A DNA stretch of 64,000 bases from an uncultured Spirochaetota bacterium (GCA_963820525.1 CAWGAA010000002.1:492568-556567); one strand, 5' to 3'. Shown: positions 9,387 to 20,138, counted from the first letter of the stretch. The notes: generated by a model not told the origin, from the sequence alone. Made by a program: numbers and translations.

Positions 9387-11447
9387 GTGAGCTCCCCCCA
9401 CGCGCGTCAGTCATCCGCCATTAGGTTCGCCGGACTCGCGCTGCTGGTCGTGCCCATTCTCCTCATGGCCACGTTTCGAAAGTCCGCCTTCAGCATCTCC
9501 GACCTGCTGTATGCCGGGCTGCTCGCGCTGCACGCGGGATGCGCGCTGTCTTTTCTCGTCCGCGGCCTGTCGCGCGGCGGGCTCGCCGTGCACCGCAGGT
9601 CCTTTTTTCCCGTGCTCTACAGGGCCCCCGAGGTGCTCCTGACGGTTTCCCTCGTCTTCCTGCTCTTTGTCTATATCTACGCGACAAACGCCAATATGAG
9701 CTACGTGCAGAGGTTCATTGCGACGGGAGGCAACCTGGGCCTGGCGCCGAACAGCGACCAGGAGCGGCTGGCGGCTGCGGTGAGGTTCCTGCCCCTCCTG
9801 GCCGCCGACTTTTCCCTGTTCGTCTTTTCGCGCCTCTTTGCAGGAGCTTCCCCGGTGCCCGCGGCTGTAAAGCAGTTCCCGGTCCTTGCGGCCGTCCGGC
9901 CATGGGCCCTTCCCCTATGCATGCTCTCCGGCGTCCTCTACGCCCTCTGCTTTCCGTCGTTTCTCTCGGAGGACGGGTTTCCCGCGCTCGGATACGTCTG
10001 CCTCATTCCCCTTCTGGTCGCCCTTCAGGCCGAGGACGCGGGCTGGGGCGTCTTCCTCGGCACCGCGTTCGGGCTGATCCAGTCGATGATAACCAACTAT
10101 TGGCTGGGGACTTTCGACCTGGTGTCGCTTCAGTTCCAGACCGGGGTTTCCCTGGTCGAATACCTTCCGTTCATGGCAATTACCCTGCCGCTGGCTAGGC
10201 GCGCGGGAAAGCTTTCTTTCCTGGTTTTCCCCGCCGCCTGGACCCTCTTCGACTATCTCAAGAGCCTCGGGTTTCTCGGCTATCCCTGGGACATGCTCGG
10301 CACCTCCCAATACAGGGCGATACCGTTGATCCAGATCTCTTCCATTACGGGGGTCTGGGGCGTTACGTTCCTCCTCACGCTCTTCAACGCGGCAGCCGCC
10401 GAAGCGATAGCGACCCTGGGCGCCGGAAAACGGCCGCGGACCATGCCGTTCGCCGTCGTGGCTGCTACCTTTTGCGCGGCCCTCGCATGGGGGGCGGTCC
10501 GCATCGCGGCGGTGGACTCCGTGCTGGCCTCCGCCGGAACGCCTGTCGTGAGGCTCGCCCTTGTCCAGCAGAATGGGGACCCGCGAAAGGACGACTACAG
10601 AAGGGACTTCGAGACGCTCGAAAGGCTCACTGACCGCTCGCTTTCCTCCACGCCGGACCTCGTCGTGTGGTCGGAGACCGCGTTCGTCGCCAACATCAGA
10701 CGGTGGAGCGCCGAGGACCCGGCCAAGGAGCCGCTCGCGGCGCTGGTTCGGGATTTCCTCGCATACCAGAAGTCGATTGGGACCTGGCTGCTCACGGGCA
10801 ACGACGACTACGAGCTTGTGGCGGGCCCTCAGGGAGAAAAGAGGCTCGACTACAATGCCGCGGTTCTCTTCTCTCCCGATGGCCGCAGGGTGGAAACGTA
10901 CCACAAGATCCATCTCGTCCCCTTTACCGAGTACTTCCCCTACGCCAAAGAGCTCCCTCAAGTAGCCGCCCTTTTAAAAAACTTCGACGTGCATCTGTGG
11001 GAGCCGGGAAGACGGCGCGTGGTTTTTCGTACCCCCTCCTTTTCATTCTCCACGCCGATATGCTTCGAGGATGTCTTCCCATCGGATGTCCGCGCCTTCG
11101 TCGCCGCCGGGGCGGATGCCATCGTCAATCTCTCCAACGACTACTGGTCTCTCACCCACGCCGAGGCCATGCAGCATGCCGTGAACGGACTTTTCCGAGC
11201 TGTGGAAAACGGCAAGCCCCTGGCCCGCGCCGCCGCCTCGGGGCTCACCTGCCTCGTGGATCCGCTGGGCAGGATCACGGCGCGCGCTCCCCTGTACGAA
11301 CAGGCGCTCCTCACGGTGGACATGAAGCTCCCGCACCTTGCGCCCACCCCCTATGCACTGCTGGGAGACTGGTTCCCTTGGGTGATGGCCGCCCTGCTCA
11401 TCCTGACCGCCGGCATCGCCGCGAGGCGGTCCCGGGAAAGCCGCTGA
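9387..11447 (+). CDS. lnt: Apolipoprotein N-acyltransferase, paralog 1, with extra N-terminal TM region (start uncertain)
   Basis: VVWSETA, YHKIHLVPFTEY, TPICFED, NLSND, RAVEN catalytic motifs. Confidence 0.9.
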   Translation: MSSPHARQSSAIRFAGLALLVVPILLMATFRKSAFSISDLLYAGLLALHAGCALSFLVRGLSRGGLAVHRRSFFPVLYRAPEVLLTVSLVFLLFVYIYATNANMSYVQRFIATGGNLGLAPNSDQERLAAAVRFLPLLAADFSLFVFSRLFAGASPVPAAVKQFPVLAAVRPWALPLCMLSGVLYALCFPSFLSEDGFPALGYVCLIPLLVALQAEDAGWGVFLGTAFGLIQSMITNYWLGTFDLVSLQFQTGVSLVEYLPFMAITLPLARRAGKLSFLVFPAAWTLFDYLKSLGFLGYPWDMLGTSQYRAIPLIQISSITGVWGVTFLLTLFNAAAAEAIATLGAGKRPRTMPFAVVAATFCAALAWGAVRIAAVDSVLASAGTPVVRLALVQQNGDPRKDDYRRDFETLERLTDRSLSSTPDLVVWSETAFVANIRRWSAEDPAKEPLAALVRDFLAYQKSIGTWLLTGNDDYELVAGPQGEKRLDYNAAVLFSPDGRRVETYHKIHLVPFTEYFPYAKELPQVAALLKNFDVHLWEPGRRRVVFRTPSFSFSTPICFEDVFPSDVRAFVAAGADAIVNLSNDYWSLTHAEAMQHAVNGLFRAVENGKPLARAAASGLTCLVDPLGRITARAPLYEQALLTVDMKLPHLAPTPYALLGDWFPWVMAALLILTAGIAARRSRESR

Positions 11448-12169
11448 TGGCAGAGCGCAGAATCCGCATGCTCTATTCGATCCTCCTGGAAGCCTACGGC
11501 CATCAGGGCTGGTGGCCATTGGCTTCCTGCGTCCGGCGGAGAGGCTTCGACGAGCGCGGCTACCATCCCGGAAACTACCGGGTGCCCGCCACACCGGCCC
11601 AAAGGCTGGAGATCATCTTCGGCGCCATCCTCACCCAGAACACCGCCTGGGCGAACGCTGAAAAAGCCCTCATGCGCATGTTTGACGCCGAAATCCGCAC
11701 GCCGGGAGATTTGAAAGCCTGCACATCCAGAAGACTTGCCCGGCTCATCATGCCCTCGGGGTACTACAACCAGAAAGCCCGCAAGCTGAAAGCCCTCGAG
11801 CCGCTGCTGGAATCTCCCGGTGCGCTTACCGGGCGCGCGCCCCCGTCGCGGAACGGCCTTCTCTCCATCTGGGGAATTGGGGAGGAGACGGCGGATTCCA
11901 TCCTCCTCTATGCCTTCCACCTGCCGTTCTTCGTCGTGGATGCGTACACCCGGCGCCTGCTCCAGCGCATCGGGATCCTCCACGGCGGTGAGAGCTACGG
12001 GGACATCCAGCGGATCTTCCAGGCCGCCCTTGCCCCCGACCACGAGCTTTCGAACGAGTACCATGCCCTCATCGTGGAGCACGCCAAGAGGCGCTGCAGA
12101 ACCAGGCCGCTGTGCGAAGGCTGCCCCGTTCTCATCTGCCCTTCCCGAATCGAGCCGAAGGGGACGTGA
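11447..12169 (+). CDS. Endonuclease III-related HhH-GPD glycosylase
   Basis: QGWWP, GAILTQNTAW, GIGEETADSILLYA, FVVDAYT, C-terminal Cys cluster. ATG overlaps the lnt stop. Confidence 0.88.
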   Translation: MAERRIRMLYSILLEAYGHQGWWPLASCVRRRGFDERGYHPGNYRVPATPAQRLEIIFGAILTQNTAWANAEKALMRMFDAEIRTPGDLKACTSRRLARLIMPSGYYNQKARKLKALEPLLESPGALTGRAPPSRNGLLSIWGIGEETADSILLYAFHLPFFVVDAYTRRLLQRIGILHGGESYGDIQRIFQAALAPDHELSNEYHALIVEHAKRRCRTRPLCEGCPVLICPSRIEPKGT

Positions 12170-12256
12170 GGCTTCGGGGAGCCCCTTGGCATTCGGCCTC
12201 GCCTCGACCGATGCCCGGCTTGAATTCAGGCCCGTTCTGGATCACCATTTCAGGCC

Positions 12257-13447
12257 ATGGGAAACGGGAGCGCGCAAGGCTTCATCGTGGTGAGCGGGCA
12301 CCTCTGCCTCGACATCATCCCGGCATTTCCCTATTCTGAAAATCCGCACGAATACTTTCGTCCGGGAAGGCTTTCCGTTGTCGGGCAGCCCGTCGTCTCC
12401 ACGGGAGGCGCGGTTTCCAACGTGGGCATCAGCCTGCACAGGCTCGGCATTCCCGCCAGGCTCCTGGCCAGGGTCGGAAACGATTCTTTCGGCAGGCTCG
12501 TCCTCGAGCACATCGGGCGTCAGGGCGAAGAGCTCTCGCGGTGGATCTCCCAGGTTGAGGGCGAGACAAGCTCCTACACGGTCGTGCTCAGCCCCCCGGG
12601 TGTAGACCGGATCTTTCTGCATTGCCCCGGTTCCAACGATACCTTTACGGAAAGGGACGTGAGCGACGCGGCGCTCCAGGGCGCCCGGATATTCCATTTC
12701 GGCTACCCGCCTCTGATGAAGGGGATCTATTCCGACGGCGGGCGAGGCCTCGGCGGCCTGTTTAGAAGGGCGAAAGCGCGCGGCGCGCTCACGTCACTCG
12801 ACCTGAGCCTTCCGGATCCCGACAGCGATTCAGGCCGCGTGGATTGGGAAGCATTCCTCGCCCAGGTGCTCCCACAGGTAGACATCTTCGTGCCGAGCAT
12901 CGAAGAGCTTGCTTTCATGCTCGACCGTCCGCTGTTCCAGCGGCTCTCCTCCCGAGGGGGCGCGGACCCGATCGGCGGGGGGGTCCTGCTCGGCGAGCTT
13001 GCAGAGCTTGCGCGACGGGCCCTCGACTTCGGCGTCCGCGTCGTCCTGATAAAGCTGGGAGCCCGGGGCGCGTACCTCCGCACGGGAAGCGGGGGATTGC
13101 GTGATGGAGGCGGATGGATGGACAGGGAGCTGTATGCCCCCGCATTCGCCGTCGATCGGCCGGCAGGGACGACGGGGGCGGGGGACGCCGCCATTGCGGG
13201 CTTCCTCGCGTCGATTTTCAAGGGCATTCCGGCAGACCGTGCTCTCACAATGGCTGTCGCGGTGGGAGGATGCTGCGTGGAGGCTCCCGACGCCACCTCA
13301 GGCGTGGGAACCTGGGAAGAAACCCTCGCCCGCGTGCAGGGGGGATGGAGGCGCGTACCCGCGGAGGTCACGGAGACCGGCTGGCGCCGCGACAGAGACG
13401 GCACCTGGGCGGGGCCAGGGGACAAGGGCGAGCCGGGCTGCTACTGA
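12257..13447 (+). CDS. PfkB-family carbohydrate kinase
   Basis: GGAVSNVG, VGNDSFG, TTGAGDA. Confidence 0.9.
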   Translation: MGNGSAQGFIVVSGHLCLDIIPAFPYSENPHEYFRPGRLSVVGQPVVSTGGAVSNVGISLHRLGIPARLLARVGNDSFGRLVLEHIGRQGEELSRWISQVEGETSSYTVVLSPPGVDRIFLHCPGSNDTFTERDVSDAALQGARIFHFGYPPLMKGIYSDGGRGLGGLFRRAKARGALTSLDLSLPDPDSDSGRVDWEAFLAQVLPQVDIFVPSIEELAFMLDRPLFQRLSSRGGADPIGGGVLLGELAELARRALDFGVRVVLIKLGARGAYLRTGSGGLRDGGGWMDRELYAPAFAVDRPAGTTGAGDAAIAGFLASIFKGIPADRALTMAVAVGGCCVEAPDATSGVGTWEETLARVQGGWRRVPAEVTETGWRRDRDGTWAGPGDKGEPGCY

Positions 13448-14979
13448 CCTGAATCGAAGATGGTCTTTCCGACCTCGAAGGATTTGAGATCCACTTTTTT
13501 TCTATATTCCTCGACATCGGCCAGCTCGCGCTCAAGCTCGGTGAACCGGTAGGCGAAAGCCCCGTCAGCCTGTTGGACGGGCTCGGCCGACTTCAATGCC
13601 GCAAAGCGGCGGACGATCCTGTCCCTCACCCGATCGTATCTCTTCGGCGTGGACTCGGCGCCGTCCGGGCCGATGTTCCTGGGATCCACGTGCGAAGGAT
13701 TGGCCAGGATGTGGGAGTAGATCCGCTTTTTCAGATTCTCCTCCTGGATGGTCTGGTTCTGCCGGTCCAGGCGGATCTTGCGCAGAAGGGGGATCAGGAA
13801 GAAGAGCACGGAGAAGGCAACCGGCACGATGCCCAGCGCAATCGAGATGAGCGGGACAGGGTTCGCGACGCCGAGGCTTTGAAGCCCGTGGTAGGTGATG
13901 TAATACAGGAAAGTGAGAAAATCGGTCCGGCCCTGAGATTCGGGGCCGATGCCGACGACGAAGGACATGCCCGGGGTCAGGGGGAAGAAGAGAAACACGG
14001 ACCCGAAGAGGAGATTGAAGGCGTTGAAGAAGCCGATCCACCCATTGGTCCTCTTCTTGTTGGCCGAGAAGGGGACGGGAGACTTTTCAATGGGGCTTGA
14101 AAGGGAGACCGAGCCGAAAGACTTCTGCTCGCTCTCCGTTGTCCGCAGCAGCTCGGGGAACGCAAAGATGATCGTCCCGTCGTCCGTGACCCTCGGCTCT
14201 CCCTCGAACTCCAGCAGGTAGCGGTTGATGAGGGCCTGCGCCTCCTCGCTGTCCCTGCCGGTGAGGGTCATGAGCTCCTCGATCGTCATCACGCCCCGCT
14301 TGCTCCTGATGTAGGAGATGACGTGGGTTTTTTCAGCCGTGTCCCACCCCAGGTTCGCCTCCCCTTCGCCGAACACGAAACCGAAGACCGACTTGTAGAA
14401 TGGCCTTCCCGGCGGCCTGCGCTGCCGCGAGCCTTGAACCCCCTGGAGCAGGCTCGAGGTGAACCACATCCGCAGCACCAGATCGAACAGCCGCATGACG
14501 AGGAACATGGCCCCGAAGCCGTCGCCGCCCCGCCGCGAGCGGCCGCCCCTGTCCCGGCTCCCCGCCGCGCTCGCCGCCATGGAAGCCACGACAGCCAGCA
14601 CCACCAGCGCAACGAAGACCAGGAAGTAGCCGACGAGCATCACGACGATCCAGATCTTGAACAGGAATGAGAGCACCCGCGCCGCGGCAGAGAGGAAGCT
14701 CTTCAAGAATCGCCTGGCGGCGGGGCCGAAGCCGCGTTTCGTGCTCCGCATTCCCGAGGGGAACGAGTAGAGAAGCTCGCCCGACTCCGTCACTTTCAGC
14801 TGCCCGGCATACTCGTCGAGAGCCACCCTGGCCGCCCGCTCCACCTGGTACTTCGGCAGTCCCGTGCCCGCAATCATGTCTGCGATTGTCGACTCGTTTC
14901 TCCGTCTCTTGAGGAAAGAGACGAGCTGGCCTTCGACTCTTTCCATGGGAAAATCGTAGACTTTGCGGGTGCTCACCAC
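13441..14979 (-). CDS. Conserved membrane protein with three repeated soluble modules (resembles the At5g03900/cyanobacterial family)
   Basis: Repeats LKVTESGELLYSFP / PRVTDDGTIIFAFP / PVQQADGAFAYRF separated by TM pairs; FVFGEG motif. Confidence 0.75.
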   Translation of the reverse strand: MVSTRKVYDFPMERVEGQLVSFLKRRRNESTIADMIAGTGLPKYQVERAARVALDEYAGQLKVTESGELLYSFPSGMRSTKRGFGPAARRFLKSFLSAAARVLSFLFKIWIVVMLVGYFLVFVALVVLAVVASMAASAAGSRDRGGRSRRGGDGFGAMFLVMRLFDLVLRMWFTSSLLQGVQGSRQRRPPGRPFYKSVFGFVFGEGEANLGWDTAEKTHVISYIRSKRGVMTIEELMTLTGRDSEEAQALINRYLLEFEGEPRVTDDGTIIFAFPELLRTTESEQKSFGSVSLSSPIEKSPVPFSANKKRTNGWIGFFNAFNLLFGSVFLFFPLTPGMSFVVGIGPESQGRTDFLTFLYYITYHGLQSLGVANPVPLISIALGIVPVAFSVLFFLIPLLRKIRLDRQNQTIQEENLKKRIYSHILANPSHVDPRNIGPDGAESTPKRYDRVRDRIVRRFAALKSAEPVQQADGAFAYRFTELERELADVEEYRKKVDLKSFEVGKTIFDSGQ

Positions 14980-15148
14980 GAGGCGCCTCCTGGACTCGAT
15001 GTTTCATATCAATGGTACACCACAATGCCGCTAAAGGGAACCCGGCGGCTTCGGGGGGCTTGACACCTGCCGCCATCTTTTGATAGGTTTATAAATCGTT
15101 GTTTGCGAAACAATTGGATGAACCCCACGGGGCGATTTCGGGAGGTAC

Positions 15149-15421
15149 GTGTCTTTGAGCAGAAACTTAGCCGCAGAAAAGAGCGATAGGCAGAGCGAGA
15201 AGCGGCGCCTGCGCAACAGGATGATCAAGAGCAAGGCCAAGACCCTCGTCAAGGAACTGATCGATCTGGTGAACGAGAAGAAAAAGGACGAGGCGAAGAA
15301 GGCCTACGTCGAGCTTTCCTCTTTCCTCGACAAGGCCGTCACGAAGGGCATCTACCACAAGAACACGGCCTCGCGCAAGAAATCGCGGATGAACGTCCTG
15401 CTGAACACTTTGGGAGCATAG
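15149..15421 (+). CDS. rpsT: 30S ribosomal protein S20
   Basis: SEKRRLRN, LDKAVTKGIYHKNTASRKKSR. Confidence 0.96.
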   Translation: MSLSRNLAAEKSDRQSEKRRLRNRMIKSKAKTLVKELIDLVNEKKKDEAKKAYVELSSFLDKAVTKGIYHKNTASRKKSRMNVLLNTLGA

Positions 15422-15433
15422 CGGGTTATCATC

Positions 15434-15733
15434 GTGGCCAGGGAGAAGCTTTCCAAGGCCGAAATCGTCGAGAATATCTACCCTTTGGTCAAGGTCAGCA
15501 AGAAGAGCATCCACAGGATCATCGACATGTTCTTCGATCAGATCAAGATGGGGCTTCTTTCGGACCGCATCATAGAGCTTCGGGGGCTTGGCACCTTCGA
15601 GATACGAACACGCAAGGGCAGAAAAGCGCGCAACCCCAAGACGGGTGATTCTGTCATGGTGAGAAACCACGGAGTGGCGCATTTCAGGCCGGGCAGGGAG
15701 CTCAAGCAGAAGGTCTGGGACCTTCGCAGTTAG
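15434..15733 (+). CDS. HU/IHF-family DNA-binding protein (Hbb-like)
   Basis: IELRGLGTF, ARNPKTG, FRPGRELK. Confidence 0.92.
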   Translation: MAREKLSKAEIVENIYPLVKVSKKSIHRIIDMFFDQIKMGLLSDRIIELRGLGTFEIRTRKGRKARNPKTGDSVMVRNHGVAHFRPGRELKQKVWDLRS

Positions 15734-15734
15734 C

Positions 15735-17431
15735 ATGACTCCGAGAGCCGGCTCCTCTCCTGCTGATCGACGGCGCCGAGCGGGCGGCGGTCGCGGGGAG
15801 GCGAGCCTTTCGCGGATTGCGCGCCGCAGTCCGCTCGTCAAGGTCCTCGCGGACCTCGGCCTTCTCTCTCTCGCGGCGCTGCTGTTCTCGCTGTCGTTTC
15901 CGAGCTTCCTCTCGGATTGGGGATGGCCTCCCCTGGCTTTCTTCTGCCTCGTCCCGCTCTTCATTGCGGCTCATCGGGCGTCGTGGCCCGCCGTTCCATT
16001 CTACGGGATCTTTTTCGGGTACGTGAGCTACGCGATATTCAACTACTGGCTGGGCAAGTTCCATCCCCTGACGCTCCTGGTGGTCCCGCCGATCTACGCA
16101 TCATACTTTCTCGTCGTGCTGCCCGCGATCAAGCTCGCCGACACATTGCTTCCCGATTACGGCTTCCTGGTCCAGTCGGCCCTCTGGGTCTGCTACGAGT
16201 ACTTTCTCAAGTCCAACGGCTTTCTCGCATACACCTATGGGAACATGGGCTACTCGCAGTACCTCTTCCTCCCCTTCATCCGTATTTCCAGCCTTTTCGG
16301 GGTCTGGGGGGTCTCGCTTCTCGTCGTGCTTCCATCGGCGATCATTGCGGCCGTGTTTCGAAACGGAGCGGCGGGCGCCCGCGCGAGGCTGAAGATGCAC
16401 GCCCCCGCCATGGCGGCGTACGTCGTGGTGTTTGTCGGCGTGATCGCGTTCGGCCTTGCCACGCGGAGCGACCTCTCCGGCGCCCGGCAGTGGAAGGTGG
16501 CCCTCGTCCAGCAGAACGTTGACCCGTGGAAGGGGGGGTATTCGGCGTATGCCCAGTCCCTCGATGCCGATATCCGCCAGAGCGAGAAAGCGATGGCCGA
16601 GAAGCCCCAGATCGTGATCTGGTCAGAGACATCCTTCGTGCCGGCGATCGATTGGCACACCCGCTACCGCACCGACGAGCAGACCTACGCCCTGGTCAGG
16701 CGGCTGATCGATTACCTCGGCTCCCAGAGCGTTCCCTTCGTCGTGGGGAACGACGATGGAGAGCTGAAGCGGCGGGAATCGGGGCAGGAGGAGCGCGTCG
16801 ACTACAATGCGGCCATCCTCTTCGACCACGGCAGGATGGTGGACACCTACCGCAAGCTCCACCTCGTGCCCTTCACAGAATACTTCCCCTACGAGCGTAC
16901 CCTGCCGTGGGCCTATGCATGGCTGAAGAACGCCGACACGCATTTCTGGGAGAAGGGTGAGGTGTACACGGTCTTCCAGGCCGCCGGGGTGAAGTTCTCC
17001 ACTCCCATCTGCTTCGAAGATACCTTCGGCTATCTCTGCAGGGGCTTTTTCATCCACGGGGCCGAAGTTCTCGTCAACATCACGAACGACGCTTGGTCCT
17101 TCTCCGTCCCCGGGGCCATGCAGCACATGAGCATGGCCGTGTTTCGCGCGGTGGAGAACAAGAGGTCCGTGGTCCGTTCGACCAACGGAGGAATCACCTG
17201 CATCATCGATCCCAACGGCAGAATAACGCGGATCCTCCCCCCTTCGTGGAGTCGAACCTCGTGGGAGATGTCCCCGTGTACACGCGGGAGACGACCCTCT
17301 ACACGCTCTGGGGCGATTGGCTGCCCTGGCTCCTTTTCGCGCTGTGCGCGGGAGGCCTCATTGCGGGGGCGGCGCGGACAATCCGGGCAAAAAGAGGCGC
17401 GGGGGCCTCCGGGAAACACGGCGCCGATTGA
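15735..17431 (+). CDS. lnt: Apolipoprotein N-acyltransferase, paralog 2 (one-base frameshift at the C run 17237-17242)
   Basis: WSET, YRKLHLVPFTEY, ICFED, TNDAW, RSTNGG. Adding one C gives the normal ending ILPPFVESNLVGDVPVY...TLYTLWGDW, with the stop at 17431. Confidence 0.88.
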
Positions 17432-17456
17432 CAGGACCGCGAAACTGGGCCAAAAT
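17428..17456 (+). promoter_or_regulatory. Probable sigma70 promoter for the response regulator gene
   Basis: TTGACA-17 bp-CAAAAT. Confidence 0.55.
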
Positions 17457-17483
17457 GTGCGCGGGATCGGGGAGAAGCAGAAT

Positions 17484-18230
17484 ATGAAGCTGAAAGGGAA
17501 AATCCTCATCGTCGACGACGAGCCGATCAACCTCGAGTTCTTCGATGTCATGCTGAGCAAGCTCGGCTTCGAGGTGGACAAGGCCATCGACGGGGAAGAA
17601 GCCCTCGAGAAGGTTCAGAGCGGAAATCCCGATCTCATCATCCTCGACAACATCATGCCCAAGCTCTCGGGATGGGAAGTGACCCGGCTGCTCAAGCAGG
17701 GCAAGGAATACCGCAAGTACAGGAACATCCCGATAATCATGTTCTCCGCCATGAACGAGGTGAAGGACAGGATCGACGGTTTCGAGCTGGGCGTCGACGA
17801 CTACATAACCAAGCCCTTCAACTTCTCCGAGGTTCTTGCCCGCATCCGCGCCGTGCTCAGAAGCCGCGAGCTCACCAAGCAGCTCATGCGCCGGGAGAAG
17901 AGGATCGCTGTTGTCGAATCCCTCAACAACTCGCTGGTCTTCTTCACGCAGCACATCAAGAAACCGATCTCCGAGCTTCTCGAGCTCGCGGAGAAGACCA
18001 AGAGCGGGGACGGCGGCGCCGTGGAAGCCCTCATCGAGAAGATCCGCGCCGAAGGGCGGGAGATTCTGGCCACTATACGGGGGCTGGAGGACGAGGTGGA
18101 AGAGCTGCAGAGCAAGGGAGAGAAGCTGCGGCGCGGAGATCTCTCCCTCGAAGACCTCGAGAGGAAGCTCCGCAAGCATCTTCGAAACTGGAAGAAGAGG
18201 CAGGAAAAACTCGAAGGGGTGGGCAGGTGA
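17484..18230 (+). CDS. Response regulator (REC domain plus coiled-coil/HisKA-like tail)
   Basis: ILIVDDE, IILDNIMP, DYITKPF. Has its own RBS and ATG; the fusion to lnt in the ORF track is a frameshift artefact. Confidence 0.9.
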   Translation: MKLKGKILIVDDEPINLEFFDVMLSKLGFEVDKAIDGEEALEKVQSGNPDLIILDNIMPKLSGWEVTRLLKQGKEYRKYRNIPIIMFSAMNEVKDRIDGFELGVDDYITKPFNFSEVLARIRAVLRSRELTKQLMRREKRIAVVESLNNSLVFFTQHIKKPISELLELAEKTKSGDGGAVEALIEKIRAEGREILATIRGLEDEVEELQSKGEKLRRGDLSLEDLERKLRKHLRNWKKRQEKLEGVGR

Positions 18231-18448
18231 TCAGCCAGGAAAAGATGTCGGTCCTCGAGCTTTTCGCGGAAGGCAGGAAGCTCTACAAGCTGATGAAGTT
18301 CGAGGAAGCGCGGGATGCTTTCGCAAAAGCGCTCAAGATAGATCCCGAGGACGGCCCATCGAAGGTCTACTACACGCGCTGCAAGCACTATATCGAAAAC
18401 CCGCCTCCCGAGGATTGGGACGGCGTGTTCGTGATGAAGACGAAGTAG
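18227..18448 (+). CDS. Small TPR protein
   Basis: FEEARDAFAKALKIDPEDGPSKVY...PPEDWDGVF, resembling the C-terminal TPR module of class III adenylate cyclases. Confidence 0.8.
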   Translation: MISQEKMSVLELFAEGRKLYKLMKFEEARDAFAKALKIDPEDGPSKVYYTRCKHYIENPPPEDWDGVFVMKTK

Positions 18449-18455
18449 GTTTCCC

Positions 18456-18869
18456 ATGGCCAAGAACGAAGATCACAAGGGAATCGAGAAGATCTCCACG
18501 ACTCTCGGCAAGGAGACGACCTTCAACGGCGTCATGCGCTTCAAGGACTCGCTGAAGATCGACGGAGTTTTTACCGGGGAGATCGTTTCCACGGGGTTCC
18601 TCTACATCGAGAACGGGGCCATGGTCACGGCCAACATCAAAGTGAACTCCATCGTCATCGGCGGCACCATCAAGGGCAACGTCGAGGCCACCGAGAAGCT
18701 GGAGATGCTGGCCACGGGCAAGGTTTTCGGGAACATCAGGACGGCGAAGCTGAAAATCGCCGATGGGGTGGTCTTCGAGGGCAAGTGCGAGATGATCAAG
18801 AACCCCCAGGCAGTGAACATCTTCTCTGGGCCGGTGGACCAGCTGAAAAAAGCCGCTCAGAGTGTCTGA
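18456..18869 (+). CDS. Bactofilin (polymer-forming cytoskeletal protein)
   Basis: LKIDGVFTGEI, IGGTIKGNV, GKVFGNI, GVVFEGKC beta-helix repeats. Confidence 0.93.
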   Translation: MAKNEDHKGIEKISTTLGKETTFNGVMRFKDSLKIDGVFTGEIVSTGFLYIENGAMVTANIKVNSIVIGGTIKGNVEATEKLEMLATGKVFGNIRTAKLKIADGVVFEGKCEMIKNPQAVNIFSGPVDQLKKAAQSV

Positions 18870-20103
18870 CCTTGGAACTGCCACCATCCTCTGCGTCGGA
18901 AGCGAGCTGACCGAAGGGATCGTCCAGGATACCCATGTGCGCTTTCTCTCCTCCGAGCTCACCGCCCTCGGCTTTTCCGTGAGCCGCGGGGAGCAGGTTC
19001 CCGACGACGAAGCGGTTTTCCGCGAAGAGATCATCCGGGCGGCCTCGGGGAGTCAGATCGTCATCGTGACGGGCGGGCTGGGCCCGACCTCCGACGATCT
19101 CACCCGCGAGGTGGTCGCCGAGGCCGCGGGCATGCCCCTGGAGTTTCATCCCGAGGTTTGGGAGGCTCTTCAGGCTCGATTCGCCGGCGCTCGGATCCCG
19201 GAGGCGAACCGAAAACAGGCAATGGCGCCAAGAGGTTTTACCCTCATTGCCAATGAGCATGGGACGGCGCCGGGGTTCTATGGGAAGGTGAAGCGAGCCC
19301 TCGTGATAGCCCTTCCGGGCCCGCCGGGCGAGCTTCGGCCGATGTTTTCCGAGCGCGTGATGCCCCTGATAGCGCAGAGGTTCGCCGCGGAGAAGGGGAG
19401 CGAGGCGCTTCGCGCAACGGCTCTGCTCGTGCCGGAATCGAGCCTCGAGGAGGCGCTCGGCGCGTGCCGAAGGCAGGGTGTGAGCTGGGGAACGCGCGTG
19501 GACGAGGACCGCATCGCCTTCAGTCTCCGGGGAGGATCCGCGGCGGAACGAGATGCCGTGCTCGACGGCCTCATTGCGCTGCTGGGAGAAACCCGCGTGC
19601 GAAGGAGCGAGGTCAAGCCCGCCCAGCTGCTCACGGATGTCCTGCTGGAGCGCGGCCTGATGCTCGTGACGGCTGAATCATGCACGGGCGGGCTTTTGGG
19701 CAAATGGCTGACAGATCTTCCGGGAAGCTCTCGCGTGTACTGGGGCGGATTCGTCACCTACAGCAACCAGGCGAAGAGCGGGCTCCTGGGAGTCGGCGCG
19801 GCCCTGCTGGAGGAGCATGGAGCGGTGTCGGAACAGGCCGTGAAGGCCATGGCGCGCGGAGCGCTGGAGGAATCCGGGGCGGACGTGAGCATCGCCGTTT
19901 CAGGCATCGCCGGCCCCGATGGCGGAACTTCGCAGAAACCGGTCGGCACGATCTGGGTGGCCGTGGACATGAGAGGGAAAGGGGCAGCCGTTCACCAATT
20001 CCTTTTCGCGGGAAGCCGGGACGCGATTCGAAGGAGGACCGCGGTGGCTTCTTTCCTCTTCGCCGAGTCCTGGATTCTCGGGCGGGATTTCTCGATCGGG
20101 TGA
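18862..20103 (+). CDS. cinA: CinA competence/damage-inducible protein (MoCF domain plus NMN deamidase PncC)
   Basis: VGSELTEG, TGGLGPTSDDLT, TAESCTGG, SGIAGPDGG. Confidence 0.92.
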   Translation: MSDLGTATILCVGSELTEGIVQDTHVRFLSSELTALGFSVSRGEQVPDDEAVFREEIIRAASGSQIVIVTGGLGPTSDDLTREVVAEAAGMPLEFHPEVWEALQARFAGARIPEANRKQAMAPRGFTLIANEHGTAPGFYGKVKRALVIALPGPPGELRPMFSERVMPLIAQRFAAEKGSEALRATALLVPESSLEEALGACRRQGVSWGTRVDEDRIAFSLRGGSAAERDAVLDGLIALLGETRVRRSEVKPAQLLTDVLLERGLMLVTAESCTGGLLGKWLTDLPGSSRVYWGGFVTYSNQAKSGLLGVGAALLEEHGAVSEQAVKAMARGALEESGADVSIAVSGIAGPDGGTSQKPVGTIWVAVDMRGKGAAVHQFLFAGSRDAIRRRTAVASFLFAESWILGRDFSIG

Positions 20104-20109
20104 GGCGCC

Positions 20110-20138
20110 TTGACACCCTGACGAAGTGGTACTATATT
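20110..20138 (+). promoter_or_regulatory. sigma70 promoter for rho
   Basis: TTGACA-17 bp-TATATT. Confidence 0.8.

Noticed and set aside
15735-18230. Apparent 831-aa Lnt-response regulator fusion
   Set aside because: It arises from a missing C at 17237-17242. The true Lnt C-terminus is in another frame, and the regulator has its own promoter-like element, RBS and ATG.
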